From positions 1,178,001-1,242,000 of the forward strand of contig JAQGDQ010000004.1 of assembly GCA_030141605.1 (NCBI GenBank): DNA of 64,000 nucleotides. The letters run 5' to 3'. This document shows, piece by piece, positions 1-24,200 of this stretch. The notes under the pieces were generated by a model. That model did no database searches. It was given only the letters and a program-made list of their open reading frames with translations, and was not told the origin of the DNA. Each line of letters opens with the position of its first letter. Position 1 is the stretch's first letter. The DNA is from Tubiluchus corallicola. Its lineage: Eukaryota > Animalia > Priapulida. The position numbers and the translations under genes are program-made.

Positions 1-11
1 CAATTACTTAC

Positions 12-10551
<10,540 letters not shown>

Positions 10552-10944
10552 GATGAAGCCTGCACGGAGAGCAACAAAATTGCATGAGCCTGGATGAGCA
10601 AGCAAAATGCTATAATAAAATAAATTTTTTGTGTCTTTATGCCTGGTCTTATGACATGTAATGAATGGAAAAAGCAGCAAGAAAAACAAAACATTTAAGC
10701 AAGTGTACAGAATTTACCAATTTGCAAATTTTTGAAGTGATCATCAACTTATTCTGAAGCATCAAGAACAGCCACACTAAGCCAACACAAACACAATATA
10801 ACAAATCAGAAAAATAAACTATAAATTCTGCTTAAGTTAAGAAATAGTGATCATATTAGCAGCTGCCTGCATTAAATAGTTTAGGCCTCTGTTTGTCTAT
10901 AGTCAAGACTAGACTCCAAGAACAACAACGGTCCTTTGTTCAAG

Positions 10945-11030
10945 ATCAGAAATGAGTGGATCAGCTAATATCTTCATCTGCACACAATCAGAAATGAGTG
11001 GATCAGCTAATATCTTCATCCGCACACAAT
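10945..11030. repeat. 42-bp tandem duplication
   Basis: atcagaaatgagtggatcagctaatatcttcatc(t/c)gcacaca twice, one mismatch. Confidence 0.9.
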
Positions 11031-13219
11031 TTTGTCTGCTAATTTGCAAATCGCATTTTCTATTAACAGCAATCTGCAAATACAGCGCCACGTAATATCA
11101 AATGCGCAATCAGTTCCCGAGCTACAAAATTTCCAATGTGCAATCTGGCTAATGGAACTAATTTTTATTCAAATTTAGTTTAAGATATTGGAAGTGAATT
11201 CTTTCAGGAAAGCCTGTGCAACAAGAACATTTTGAAAAAAACGCAGTTGCCATACATATGATCAAAGATAAAAACCTTTTGGGCTGCTGTGCAATCTGTA
11301 CTCTGTCAGGAAGACAGGAAGAAACAAAATAATAGTGAATGTTAGGTAATAACAGCACGACAAAAAAAGGGGTTATTTCCCAAATACAGAGTGCACTTCC
11401 AAGGACACGAACATTGTCAAAATCGCGGATTAACATTGACGAAAGTTGTAATTCACAAAGATGCAATCCTCCGAATTTTTTTATCTGCACCCGGTTCACA
11501 TATCTTCATTTTCAATAATATATCCACAGTCTGATCCATCCCGAAAAGAAGTTGCAGATCTTGGTCCAATCCAGTCTGCTCATGCTTGCTCAAGATGCAG
11601 TCCATTTAACAGATAACTACAAACGTCCAATTTCAACAAAGTAAATGAAATTAACAAGATTAGTACAGAAATGTATCTACAACCTAAACCTAATTTATAA
11701 TTTTAAATACAGAAAGCCCCCACTGAACGACAATAATGCGCATCTGCAAAATGTGACGTTAAACAAAGCAATGTTAAAGGTGGAAATTAGCGAATTTTAC
11801 ACATTTAATACGCTCTTAACTACTACTTTCATAGGCCTAAGCTCGTAAAATTAAAAATAAATCCGCAGTAATTTAAGATGAAGAAAGTTATTACAATGCC
11901 AGCCTGCAAAAAATTATTTAGTTCATTTATTAGATAATGTAATTAATGTTGAGCACTACTGGTGAAGATGGATGGAACATGGTCCATTACATCTTTTCAT
12001 TTAACACATGTTTGTGGCTGCCAAATCTATCAAAACACTACTAATTCTTACGCTATAATTCACAAAATGTAAATGGTTTAACAAATATCATTTAGATTGC
12101 TTAGCAAATGATCGGGTGTTAAATGGTATCTAGCAAATGACACAGATGATCAAATTTCAACTTTTCACATCATTACTCATCAACTCTCCCTATACGAAAA
12201 TTGCATACATGTAAACGACATAAAATTTTGAGGCCAGCTTTTTTGAACTTGACTGTGTCTTTTACTTCATAAGAATGTGTGCATTCTAGGGACAAAGATC
12301 ACTCAACAATTTTGCATTTTGATAACCTTGTATTTCATGATCGCTTTGTTAAAACTCAAAATTCAAAACATTAAATTTAAAATTTAGTTTCTAAAGTTAT
12401 AAGAGCAAAAACAACATGAGATTTCTGAATGCAGCTTTTATACCTGCATGTACTCAAGCAGGCGAGCTGTCTTTACATGACAAATTTTGAAGTCTGTGAT
12501 AAACTAAAGTAAATCTGTCATTTGCAGCTTAATCAGCATCCAGGAGAAAACAAACATATAACTTGTACAGTCTTTACTAGAGGCTTTTAGACGACAGGGC
12601 AACAGAAACAATCTTGCTTTAATCAAGATAAATATTTGGGGTTAAGAGGGAAACGACTACCAAAACTTTGCAAGACAAATAGTCACTAAATGGGCCATTC
12701 AGCAAGAACTTCCTGTTTCAATCATGCACATTTCATGATAAGTTTCTTGTTCCAGAAGTTAAATTTGACAAGAAAATACAAAAATTTTTACCTCTTAATA
12801 AATCCTATCCAAAAACAGCCATAAGTAATTATATGCACTAAGAAACAATACTGCTAAAAAGATACCTAAAAGAAATTCAAAAACATCTGATGAAGCATTC
12901 AGTAACATTACTTACAAATACAGATAAATGATATAACACAACTTTTTAACATGTTGAAGAACAAACATCAATTTTTGAAAAATTGAAATTGTAAGTTTAC
13001 TGTTTGCTTTAAATTTTATTGCTTATTTATTAAGAAACTGGTTACGACAACTTGAGTGACACTGACAATTTTAGTGCCTACTTTATGTTGTTGTTACATC
13101 TCAAGAAAAAATTTACACTTAGTAAACAATATGAAGTTCAAGTCATACATATCTGCTAATTAAAGTCTATTGGCCATATTAATCACGCCAGTGAAATTAA
13201 TTTTCAGTAAATAACAGAA

Positions 13220-14250
13220 AGAAACAAGCCAGTTGATTGATAGAGGCTTGATGTTTGAGGTGAGTTGGTATGGCCAGGAAGTAAGAAGGCAGTCATCATA
13301 ATGGTCATATTATAAAATTCCAAACTTTGGCTCTTTTAGATAATTGTCTGAATGTCTGTCCTATGACAGTACCTCTTCACTACCATAAAAATTTCCAAGA
13401 GATAGATTTTGAAGCCACAAAAGTTGCAATTTTACAAGTTCAAGTTTTGCAGCCCAGTTAGAGCTCAAACCCACATGTGCACATCCACATTTTTGGCTGG
13501 AATCAGATCAACAATCTTAGAGAAATAGCGAGGAAATGCAGACAGACAGATTCCAAAATTTGGTTGAGACAACTTTTAGATAATTATTTGACATACCACA
13601 GTACTGTGTTTCACTCTCACTACATAGATTTTGAAAACAGAAATAAAAATAAACAGACACAAATAAAAATTTCAAATTTTGGCTCAAACAGCTTTTAGAA
13701 AATTATACGACGTACCACAGAGTTTCGTTTTCATTACTTCAGCAATTTTGGAAAAGATAGGTTTAAAAGCCAGAAAAGTGCCATTTAAAAGTTGGCCATG
13801 CTATGCAACTGTGGTCGCCACAGCAAATCATTTTTTACTGCACAAGCAGAGCCCAGACCTCACCTGCTGTGCAAGTTTGTTTGGGATTGGTCAACTAGCT
13901 TGAAGAAGTTCTGGGGGAACACAAAAGGCAGACAGACTGCTAAAAATTCCAAATTTTAGCAACTTTAGGTACCACAGCACAGAGTTTCATCTTCTCTTGT
14001 TCAGCAGTTTTGGAGAAGCAAGATTTTGTAGCCCGAAAAATACCAATGTTAGAGTTACATTTTGATCATTAATAGGCAATCATCAACACAATGGCAGCCA
14101 AATTTTTCACTGAACAACTACAGCTCCGATCCCACCTGCTGTACAAGTTTACTTGGAATCTGGTAATCTGAGAAATGCATGCACTGACACAAGGAACAAG
14201 TGTCGAGTAAGGTCAGCCATCGAACCGCAATGTAGTACTCATCTCCCGAA
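13220..14250 (+). mobile_element. Repeat with diverged internal tandem units, Helentron/DINE-like
   Basis: Recurring blocks taccacag...gtttc (about 13595, 13713, 13970), cacctgctgt(g/a)caagttt (about 13861, 14132) and CAGA microsatellite-like runs (13538, 13930). The class is inferred. Confidence 0.45.
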
Positions 14251-14759
14251 TCACAGAAATGCAAGGAAAATTAGTGGTGGCTTGATTAGAGACCAGCTTA
14301 CATTATGACAACACATGTAGGAATAAAGACTTAAGGTAGTGATTAAAAAAATATTACACTCCTTGGCCAGAGGCCCACTAGATTTTGAGGTGTCATGTCC
14401 AGCACAAAGGTATATCCACCACTGCAGGTAAGCTGGAACTGAGATCTTTCTTGCACCATTACAGCATGCTATACTGAATAATGCATACGCATCGGAATAC
14501 ATGATAACAACTAGTTAAGGCTTATGCATGCACATGCTAATAATTGCATCAGTATCTCCATTGCTTTTAGGCTATACTGCACTTAAAGTACAACCTCGCA
14601 ATATCGAAACAAATAATATTTGGCGATTCACAGTGGCTATTCTAATATTTTTATCAGGCTTCTGTACATCCACATCATAAAGGAGCAAGCCAAAAAGAAA
14701 ACTGTATCCTGTCACGCTGTTGTTCTTATACCTCTACACACTGAGCCACAAATTTTTTC

Positions 14760-14935
14760 TAAATTTTATCACTTATCTGATCCAAGTATTGACTCTTACT
14801 AGTGTGCCAGTGTTTACTGAACATAGATCTTCTTCGTTCACTGCATGATTTTAAAACACTTTTAGCTACTTCACACTTCAACAGATGTTCAGTCGTATCA
14901 CACTCCTTCACACACAGAGGACATAAATCATCTGG
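14760..14935 (-). mobile_element. 3'-terminal fragment of a CCHC-ended LINE (family of 58200-61715)
   Basis: DDLCPLCVKECDTTEHLLKCE matches ICPVCGEDDDTTEHMLKCD of the long element. Confidence 0.7.
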
Positions 14936-16149
14936 CGGCCCAAAATAAGAATGCTGACGTTCAAACCAGCTACAAGACAACTAACCCATAAGCAAAATAA
15001 TTAAAGCGAGGTGACACTAATAAGTATATCACTCAATTAAACAAAAAGATTTTAATTTCCTGTTAAGATACAATCATTGAGTTTTTAAGCACACCCATTA
15101 ATACCTACCTAAAATATGGGCAAACGTAACAAAATTTTGCCTTGCACGATGACGTAACGTGTTGTGCTGCCGTCTCGCGCTCAAAAATTGAAAAGGAGAA
15201 AGATTTGCCCCAAGCACCACGGTACGTCTAACTAGTATCTTCAGTCGAAATTAATGCTGACAAGTGACAAATTCAGCCACTGGAATGGCAGTGTCTATAG
15301 TTTCTTGTTGGATGACTACTGTATTTACCTGCCTTCAGAGCAGATTTTTTTTATTTTAGATTACTGATTGGTTACAGAATGTCTACAACACACGTAATTA
15401 GCATAATTATGATGATGATCCTAGTGCGGTCGCAAGTCGCCTGAACTTTCAGGCTATATCGAAATTGTGTTGCTCTTTTCACATTGTAATAGCAATATTA
15501 GCCACACTATCAAAATGAATAATTCTACCTACACGTTTTGAGTACATTATAGACTACAGATTACAACATGCTCACTTGCAAATCACTCTAAGCTATGGTA
15601 AATTTGCTAATGCATTCCAACCATACTAAACTGCACTAAAAGCCGCTAAAAGTGCAAATGACACAAAGGTGGTTATTTTTTGCCGCTAAAGCGTGCTAAC
15701 CATGCTAAAAATTGCCAAGCTTGCTAAAATCTGCTAACAAAGAAACTGTTTCTAAGCCACGCTAGAGCTATGACAAATGTTGCCAGTTCTACTAACTAAA
15801 AGTAATGCAAACTACAATGTAGACTGTAGTTCATAAATAAGTAAAAACACATGTCAAACTCTGTATGTGACTAGGCTTAACCAACAAAGTCACTTTTCAT
15901 ACCAGTACGCTACTCTCAAGAATGCTCTCGAAAGAACTCGGGATAGATGTACTCGTCTTGCTATTGATTTGGATCCCATCGATTTCTACTCTCGAGTAAA
16001 GGCATGAGACTGTAGACCTTCTGAACTGCTTCAAGTCACTTAGTGGAAATTCTGTTCTGAACAGAGTCAGACTTTTTTCCAGGCCTGCTAAAATAAGATG
16101 ATGACAGATTAGCAAAGCAAATAATACTAGAACAAAAACAAAGCAAATA

Positions 16150-16660
16150 ATCTAACTGTTGATATGCAAAAATCAAAGAAATTATTAAAAATTATCATTG
16201 TAGAACACCTGGCAGAAGATTTGTTACAAATAACTAAATCACAATGGAAAAAGAAAGTTAAAGTTGTACTAATCAAGAATATAAAACAGGAATTTGAACA
16301 GAAAAAAGTCAATGTCAAAAAATTTGATTTTTGAAAGAGCTTTTTCAGAAAAAAAATCCTACTTGTTAACTGGTAATGAAGCTTAAGTGAGAGATTTTAT
16401 ACACCTTAAACTAAACATGATAGATGTTAAAGGAAACTACCCGAGTAGTAAAAAAGGTAACCTCAATAACTATTGCCATATATTTTATAAGAAGACCGAA
16501 CACGTTTTGCAATGTGAGGAGGTAAAGGACTTAAAAATGAGACAAGTGGATGCCAACGGCATAATCAAGACCAACTGGACAAATATTGCAACAGGCACAA
16601 ACTGTGGAAACAACAGAAACTACTGCACTCAACTACAGAAAGAAATTCAGTAAATTCAGA
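16150..16660 (+). mobile_element. 3'-terminal LINE fragment, same family
   Basis: ITKSQWKKKVK ... HLKLNMIDVKGNY ... TEHVLQCEE parallels KSEWKKEIK...IRLNTIKVKGNY...TTEHMLKC. Confidence 0.7.
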
Positions 16661-17164
16661 TTTCGACAAACTTAATAGGGTTTCTAAGAGTTTACTCGCT
16701 TACCCACTAATCATGTCAGTGTAACAATATAACAAGACCTACTGCCAAATATTGTGAAGTAGTCAATTGGAAAAGTGATTCAGTGTATTGTATCTTGCAC
16801 TTAAATTATTGGAGTGGCTGCTATTTAGTAGAGAGGAAGCACAGAGTTCTTCGTGGCCATGAGTAAGTTATTTGTGCAACCTCCATGGATATCGTGGAGA
16901 CGCTAGATCATCTTCACCACCAGTGGCGAGCAAACAGACATCAATAAAAAGTGTCTGTTTGTGAGATCAACAACACAATTAACCTGTTTTACAAATCACA
17001 CCAAATATCTTTTACATCAACTTGCTTTTACTGTTCACCCATCTTTAATTATGTTTTTAATTTCAACAGCTCATTAATACACATCTTAGTCAGTAGTAAT
17101 TTATATATGCACTGTTCAATTGTATCTTGTGCAGTATCTTGGCCCAACTTGTTAATATACACAG

Positions 17165-17600
17165 CTTTAAGCTCAGAAAGATGCTCAGTAGTATCCTCTG
17201 CTATCTAGCACAAAGAATAATTTTAGATCCCCTTTATACAGATTTTAAAAATTTGCTTTAACATCCATGATATTAAGTCTAATTGCCATAATATCTTTCA
17301 TTTTGTCTAACCTGCATTTTTCGACATACAATTGTCTTTGGAAAGTTCTGATTTTTAAAAATCTCAATTTTGTCATAGTCTCTATTTTAGTTTTAAGTCT
17401 TTTTCTATAAATAAATTTCTATAAATTTCATTCTTTACATACTTTTCCATCTAGGTTTGGTTATTACATTTATATCCACTGTATTTATATCAATATTATA
17501 TTTATTCATGATGTGTTTGATTTCTGGATACCAACATTTTTTAAAGTTATTATTTATATGCACTTTTAGAGCTCTTTTTTCGTCAGACTTCATTAACAGA
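17165..17600 (-). mobile_element. 3'-terminal LINE fragment, same family
   Basis: Minus-strand peptides CWYPEIKHIMNKYNI, TKLRFLKIRTFQRQLYVEKCRLDKMKDIMAIRLNIMDVKANF and EDTTEH parallel SWYNEV, TKLRFLKHTEWKRQNYIDTCKPEEVKDTLKIRLNTIKVKGNY and DTTEH. Confidence 0.75.
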
Positions 17601-17629
17601 TAATATAATACATTAATTTTTCATAGTCT

Positions 17630-17830
17630 ACCCTACAAACCAGCTAGAGCCAACGTCAGATCACACTTCTTTGGGCATCGCGTAGTTCAACCATGGAATC
17701 ATCAACCATCAGTGCTTCATCAGTCGACCGTTTCAAAACGCATATGAGAGGGGACGATCTACAGATAGTTATCCATCTAGGTCCTTATTTTTTTGGATAA
17801 GGTGTTTGTGTAAATAAACTGAATTGAAGC
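17630..17830 (+). mobile_element. CR1-type LINE 3' end fragment
   Basis: RANVRSHFFGHRVVQPWN...SASSVDRFK is the typical CR1 ORF2 C-terminus and resembles 61720-61960. It is followed by an aataaactgaattgaa tail. Confidence 0.65.
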
Positions 17831-17859
17831 AAACTGAAATTAATATACTTTTCAGCTTC

Positions 17860-18360
17860 TACCTTGTGCTGCCAAAATTCCACCGGACATGTTTGCGTTG
17901 CCGCATATTTCTTTTTAATATTTTTTCTTTTCTGAAGGATTAATGTCATTGTGTGAGTGGCTGCGTTTCTGTCAGATTACCTCTAGCTATGGGGTAACTA
18001 CTCGTCTTTTTTTGAAACGCGCTTAATCAAGCGATTTTAAATTGGTAAGTTTACACTGTCTAATAACTTAAGTTAAATAAAGGACAAGAAGAGGGGTACC
18101 TAAAGTAGGTTTCAGAAAAATCGCCTTAAAAATGATATTACTTTACAGCAATTTTATGGATATATCGTACTCGCATTGAAAGGAATTTTTGTTTTTTTTT
18201 CATTTTTAATCTCCCGCAATACTGTTCCGGTGGCTCCATTACGTGACGTCACCTACGCACAACGCAAATCGGGGAAGAAAAGGCAATGTTAGATTATGTC
18301 CAAAAAAGCTTTCCATGCAAGTCTATACTAGTACTGCTTAGCTTTTCGCTTACCTGCTGG
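17860..18360. promoter_or_regulatory. Putative shared divergent promoter and first non-coding exons of AP1G1 and neurobeachin
   Basis: Locally CpG-richer. Plus-strand donor TTG|GTAAGT at 18045. Minus-strand donors AAG|GTAGAA at 17862 and CAG|GTAAGC at 18353. Full CRE TGACGTCA at 18244-18251. Both genes have orphan acceptors just before their ATGs (10560 and 21196). Confidence 0.45.
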
Positions 18361-19898
18361 AAAGACTTGTGTAACTAGAAAACTAGTAACTAATAACAGT
18401 GAACTGTGACCTCTATCACAATCCAGATCCCTGCACAGTGATCGAGTAGTCGATATGATGGATTGGTGCACTTTCCTAATTCATTAATTCAACGTACTGC
18501 AAAATTTCCGCTACTAACCTTCATCTGTGGTCATTAGTAGATTATTGTCGAATGAGTTAATGTTAACAAATAATGAAATTCCAGACAGTTGTGTATGTAC
18601 ATTAACCCGAATAAAAAATAATAATAATTGCTACAAGTCGTTTGTGTGAGCTTATTCAAAAATAAATACATAAAGTAATCATCATAATTAATGTCATCAT
18701 TATTATACCATTATCATCATCAGATTATAAATTATGCAGAATTTGTGTTAGTAATGGTTAATATAATCTATCTGTAAGCTCTCCACTCTTCACTTTCAAT
18801 GTTATGCTCCCACATGAGTTTTTATGAGACTGTCACGTTGTCTGGCACAGCAGGTTGTTTGTATCCAACAGCGGGCTGATTGTATACATTTAGGTTAATG
18901 GAAGCAACGGGAAAAGTCAGAGTTAAAGTTAAACTAAACCCTCATAATATAAACTTTTACAGTATAACGTTTTATTGTGAATAATAATAATAAATTGATT
19001 TTTTTATTTTGTTAAAAACATGTAAAAGGACCCAAAAAATTGTTGACATAATGGACAGACATATGAACGCATACCTTAGAAGTGATATTTTGGCAAATCT
19101 GTTTTAATTACCTGGCTTTATGCTGTTGATTTAATTAAACAAACAATAGGCCTTTTAGCAAAATAAGTAAATTATTACACAAGTGATTATTTAGCAGGCC
19201 TTTGAACTAACATCTGTTGAAAATGGAAAAAAAGTGGTAACAAGCACATCTTATTTTCCTTAGCCAAAATGGCCTCCACCACAGAGTGCTGGGATGTCCA
19301 AAAATTGTACTTGCACAAAGACCTGGTGGCACAATAAGTTATTGTGGCTATCTTATAATTGCCAGCTGAATATTGTTCTAACAGGAATCAATAAAATATG
19401 CACAGAAGAAAGAGGCCACAGATAACATGCAATAATACATCATATTAAATTAATCAGTTGTAATTGTGTTTAAGTAAAATGAAACACTGAGGTCTTAGAT
19501 TTATTTTTGCCATTAAAAATGCAATGGGGGCGTTCACTGTGCTTTTACACAAAACTGACAGATGTTCACCGCCTTTCACCCTTTGACCAGAGATCATAAG
19601 TCAGCAGACTGCTATCCTTCTCAGTTTGGGAAGAATAAATAACTGAATGAAAACCAAGAAGATTTTGCTATAGCAAAATCTTAATTACGTTTATGTTATC
19701 ATTAATAAAGTGTATTTTGATAAGATTGTGTACACTTACATAGCAGGCGTAGAATCGCTTGCCAGTCCACGATCGCTAGTCCATCATATTAAATGTATGT
19801 ATTTGTTTTGGAAAAATTGATAGGGACTTGGATTGTGATAGCGTGACCAGTTTTTGATATTATGTATTTAGTTGAGTAGTATTGTAGTAGGCCTACTA

Positions 19899-20301
19899 CA
19901 CTCATACCTCGGTTTGCCGGACATAAGCAGGGAGATGTCGGTCCATATTTAGCGATTCTAAGCTAATACAGTACACGCCATGTATTAGACACAATAATGT
20001 AGAATCAATCGCGAAATTGTCTCAGAAACGTCTAGAATGGGCCTTTCCTATGCAAAAGTGTATAAAAACTGTCGGCATTTACTCAAATAACTCCTCATAA
20101 TTCATTCTATATTTTTATACACAGAAATATGAGCGTGGCTACACTGATGTAATGATGTAAACAAAGTGATGGCATACCAGTTAGCGGTCAGCTCGCGAAA
20201 TAATGGACTGTTCTGTAGTATGCAGGACTTTGACGGTCCAGATTTTGTCCAAATCTTCCAATATCCGTAAAAGCTATGTCTGGTAAACCGCGATATTAGT
20301 G
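19899..20301. mobile_element. Tc1/mariner-pogo-like MITE
   Basis: 27-bp imperfect TIRs (cactcatacctcggtttgccggacata vs cactaatatcgcggtttaccagacata) with flanking TA duplication. Confidence 0.8.
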
Positions 20302-21221
20302 TATTACTACTTAGAATTTGAAGTTACCATTTCACTACGGACAGCTTCAGAAAATAAGTGGAAAATAGAGGAAAAAATTACCAGTGTTTTGGTAATTTTT
20401 CGAGTTAAATCTTCTTAAATTTCTATTTTCCCAAGCTTTGCCACAGATATTTTGCTCCTTTCAATTATCGTTCACAAACATTTAAGTCTGGTTTATTTTA
20501 ACGTTTTTTATTGGCTATTTCAAGTTTGTTGATCAGTCTTTTCAGTGTTGTTATGAACACTGTGCAACTTGCGAGCAAAGTTAATTTTTAACTTAAAGCA
20601 CAAAAAATGGATTAAGTTTCAGAGAAACCAACTTGAATTATTATATAGATTAGCTAGCGACAATTTTCCATGTATATGATACCAGGGTTGGGGCCAAGTC
20701 TAATCAGTCTTGGATATGGTGGCCAAATCTGTGGTTCTGTCTGGATTGAACAAAGTTTCGGTTTGATAAAAGGGCATAAAGAACGGCAGTGTGATAAGAA
20801 ATTAAACAGCTGCCTACTCTGTTAATGTGATCTGCATATTCATTTTGCTCTTTTTACATCGCTAGCAGTCAGCTGAACTCAGTCCAGTTACATTATTCTG
20901 GCTGTCTAATGCAAAAAGTGAATTTTAAAGTATATTTCAAAAAATTGCAAAGTTGAATTATATTAACTGGCAGCCCTTTTACTTATTTGAAAGATTCAGA
21001 TTAGAAAAACAAAATTCTTAGTAATAAAAGTAAATAGTTCCAATGCACTAGAAGCTGCCACGACATGTCTGTAAAAATACCCCAAAAAAATAATTATATA
21101 ATTAAGACTTGTTTGTGAAATAATGTAACATATTTTTACTGACCAATTATTCTTTGAACTCGTGTTATATATGCTCACTGGCATTTTGTATTGCAGATCT
21201 TAATTATAACAGCATTGCCTA

Positions 21222-24200
21222 ATGTCTGAAGCTCCTACAGAATTGGAACAAACAGTTGGTTCTTCTCAGAAACCAATACTTATATCTGATAGACCTTCAG
21301 TGCCTGATCATTTTGATGATACACCTTTAGAAGCAGAAGACATGGCCACTGAAGTTGCAAAAGTAGAGCAAGAGGTTTCCGAGTCTCTGAATCCAGAAAA
21401 AACGGCTTATGTTCTTGAGAAGCAGGAACATGTAGTCGATGCATCCTTAGAAGTGGGACAAGCAGCGGCCGCCGCTTCAGAAAAGGTAACAATAGCTAGT
21501 GTATCACCTGAATCACTTCACTTGTCTGCAGGACCAGAAGAGATAGTTGAGGATGCAGCAACAACAAAAAAGCTCATTGAAGCATCAGCACAACCAGAAC
21601 AAGTATCTAACACATCTGCAAAATCGAAAGACATAGCTGAGAAATCTGCATGTCTTGAACAAGTTGAAATACCTGCTGTGTCATCTAACTTGCAACAAGG
21701 AGCCAATACACCTCTGAAACCAGAACACGTAGCTGCTGTTACCTCAACAGAAGAGGTGTTGATGATGAACCAGAATGATCAGTTAAAATTTGCTGTGTTA
21801 ATTTCTCTTGTTGAGGTTGGTGAAGTTTCTCATAAAGATGTCATGAATACCATTTTGCAGTTACTTGTTGGCGGGCAATTTGATTTTGAGTCTAACTTTA
21901 TTATACAAGATCCTGAAAATGTGACTAGACTCCTTGAGCTACTGGATCATTGCCCAGCAAGCTTGCAAGCAGAAGTTTGGACATTGTTCATTGGAATTGT
22001 CAAAAAGAGTGTTCGCAACCTTCAAGCATGTGTTGACGTTGGATTGATTGAAAAATCTTTAGAACGTCTGAGAACTGCTGATGCAGCTGTCGCAGCATTA
22101 CTAGTTGAACTTATTGGAGTTTTAGCTAGCTACAGTATATCTGTAAAGGAATTAAAAAAACTTTTTGGCTGCTTTAAGGCCAATAAGAAAAAATGGCCAA
22201 AATATACAAGTAAGCTACTCCAAGTTCTCAAACACATGCCCCAACGGCATGGCCCAGATGCATTTTTTAATTTTCCAGGTACATTAGGTTCGTGTATTGC
22301 TCTGCCTCCAATATCAAAATTTCCTTATCAGCTTGGTTGGACATTTTCTTCGTGGTTTCGATTGGATCCTATTAACAATGCTGCACAAGAGACGGATAAG
22401 CCCTACTTGTATTGCTTTCGAACAAGCAAAGGCATTGGATATTCTGCACATTTTGTTGGCAACTGCTTAGTGCTCACAGCATCTAAGTTAAAAGACAGAG
22501 GGTTTCAGCATTGCGTAAAGTACGAGTTTCAACCAAGGAAATGGTATCACCTAGCAGTTGTCCACATCTACAATCGTTGGACTAAAAACGAGGTGAAATG
22601 CTTTGTAAATGGCCAACTTGCATCGTACACTGAAATGGCATGGTCAGTTACTGTGAATGAGGTCCTTGATAAGTGCTACTTGGGTGCAACTCCAGAGCAC
22701 GATAAACAAAGGACATTCTGTGGTCAACTGTCAGCAGTGTATTTATTTTGTGAGGCTTTGAATGCCTACCAGATATGTGCAATGCATAAGCTTGGTCCAG
22801 GTTACGTTGGCCAATACCGATTTGAAAATGAAAGCAAAGTCTCGTTGAGTGATAACCTAAAAAGAGTCCTTTACGATGGAAAATTGTCAAGCACCATTGC
22901 TTACATGTATAGCCCTGTGAACTGTGATGGTCAGCTGTGTTTGCAGTCAGCACCAAGAGGAGCACCATCAGTGTTTCTGCACAATGCCCATGCAATGATG
23001 GTGCAAGATGTAAAATCTATTATTACACATTCCATCCATAGCGTACTACATTCCATTGGTGGCATTCAGGTGATACTTCCGTTGTTTGATCAATTGGATT
23101 GTGTACAGGAAGGTATTTCTGGTGAAAAAGAAACTGTCGATTTTGAGATATGTTCCACTCTTCTGGAATTTATCTGCGATTTAATGGAAAATTCAGCAGT
23201 TGTCCAACAGCAAATGTTGCAAAATAAAGGATTTCTTCTGATCAGTTATATGCTGCAGAAAGCTAGCAGAGAGCATATTTCAGAAGCTGTACTAGATTCT
23301 TTCCTAAGAATGGCAAAGTTTCTGGTGGTCCTTCCGCAAGGTGCTCTTCTTCTAAAGCAGCTTTTGGATCACATTTTATTCAATCCAGTTTTATGGATTT
23401 ATTCTTCGGTAGATGTGCAGCGTAAACTTTACACGTATCTATCAATGGAATTTGCTGCAGACACTGCTATTTATACGAGCATTCGTCGAGTAAGTGCAGT
23501 GCTGCAAATGATGCATACTCTTAAACACTATTACTGGGTGGTTAATCCTACAAATCGTAGTGGAATTATACCAAAAGGTATAGACTCTGCCAGACCATGC
23601 ACGGAGGATGTGTTGATGATCAGGTCATATATGTTGCTTTTTGTTAAACAACTGGTGTTGAAAGGGCCTGGTATCCAAGAAGAGGAGCTTCAGAGTATCC
23701 TAAACTATTTGACAACGATTCATGAGGATGAAAACTTGCAGGATGTTCTGCATTTGCTTGTCGAGTTAATGGGGGAACAACCTTCTAATATGATTCCAGC
23801 ATTCGACAAGAAGAACGGCATTCAAACCATTCTGAAATTGCTAGCATCTCAAAATGAAATTATTAGAATTCAGGCACTGAAATTACTGGGTTATTTTCTG
23901 ACTAGAAGTACAGCAAAACGCAAACATGATGTGATGCATCCACATAACTTATTCACGCTTGTTGGCAACAGGTTGCTACTTCACACCGATCGGTTGTCGT
24001 TGCCTATTTATAATACACTGTATGAGATACTGATTGAGCGCATGAATAGCCAAGTAATTACAGGCCGCCATGCAGAGCCTGAATCTCACTACAGGTTGGA
24101 AAATCCTGTTATATTGAAAGTCATGAGCAATTTGATTAAGCAATCTAAACAAGTGCCAGAAACACTTGAACTAAAAAGATTGTTTTTATCTGACATGACG

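Noticed and set aside
10945-11030. On the minus strand the 42-bp duplication reads GGATGAAG...TGATCCAC...CTGA, reminiscent of a C/D snoRNA against 5.8S rRNA (human AP1G1 hosts SNORD71, as I recall)
   Set aside because: Only 8 nt of complementarity, wrong spacing to the D box, a unit too short, and repeat-like surroundings. A cmsearch/snoscan of the AP1G1 introns, especially 391-4072, would settle it.
19500-20830. SINE-like stretches near 19500-19650 and 20680-20830
   Set aside because: I could not identify A/B boxes, TSDs or a second copy in the window, so they are not supportable as features.
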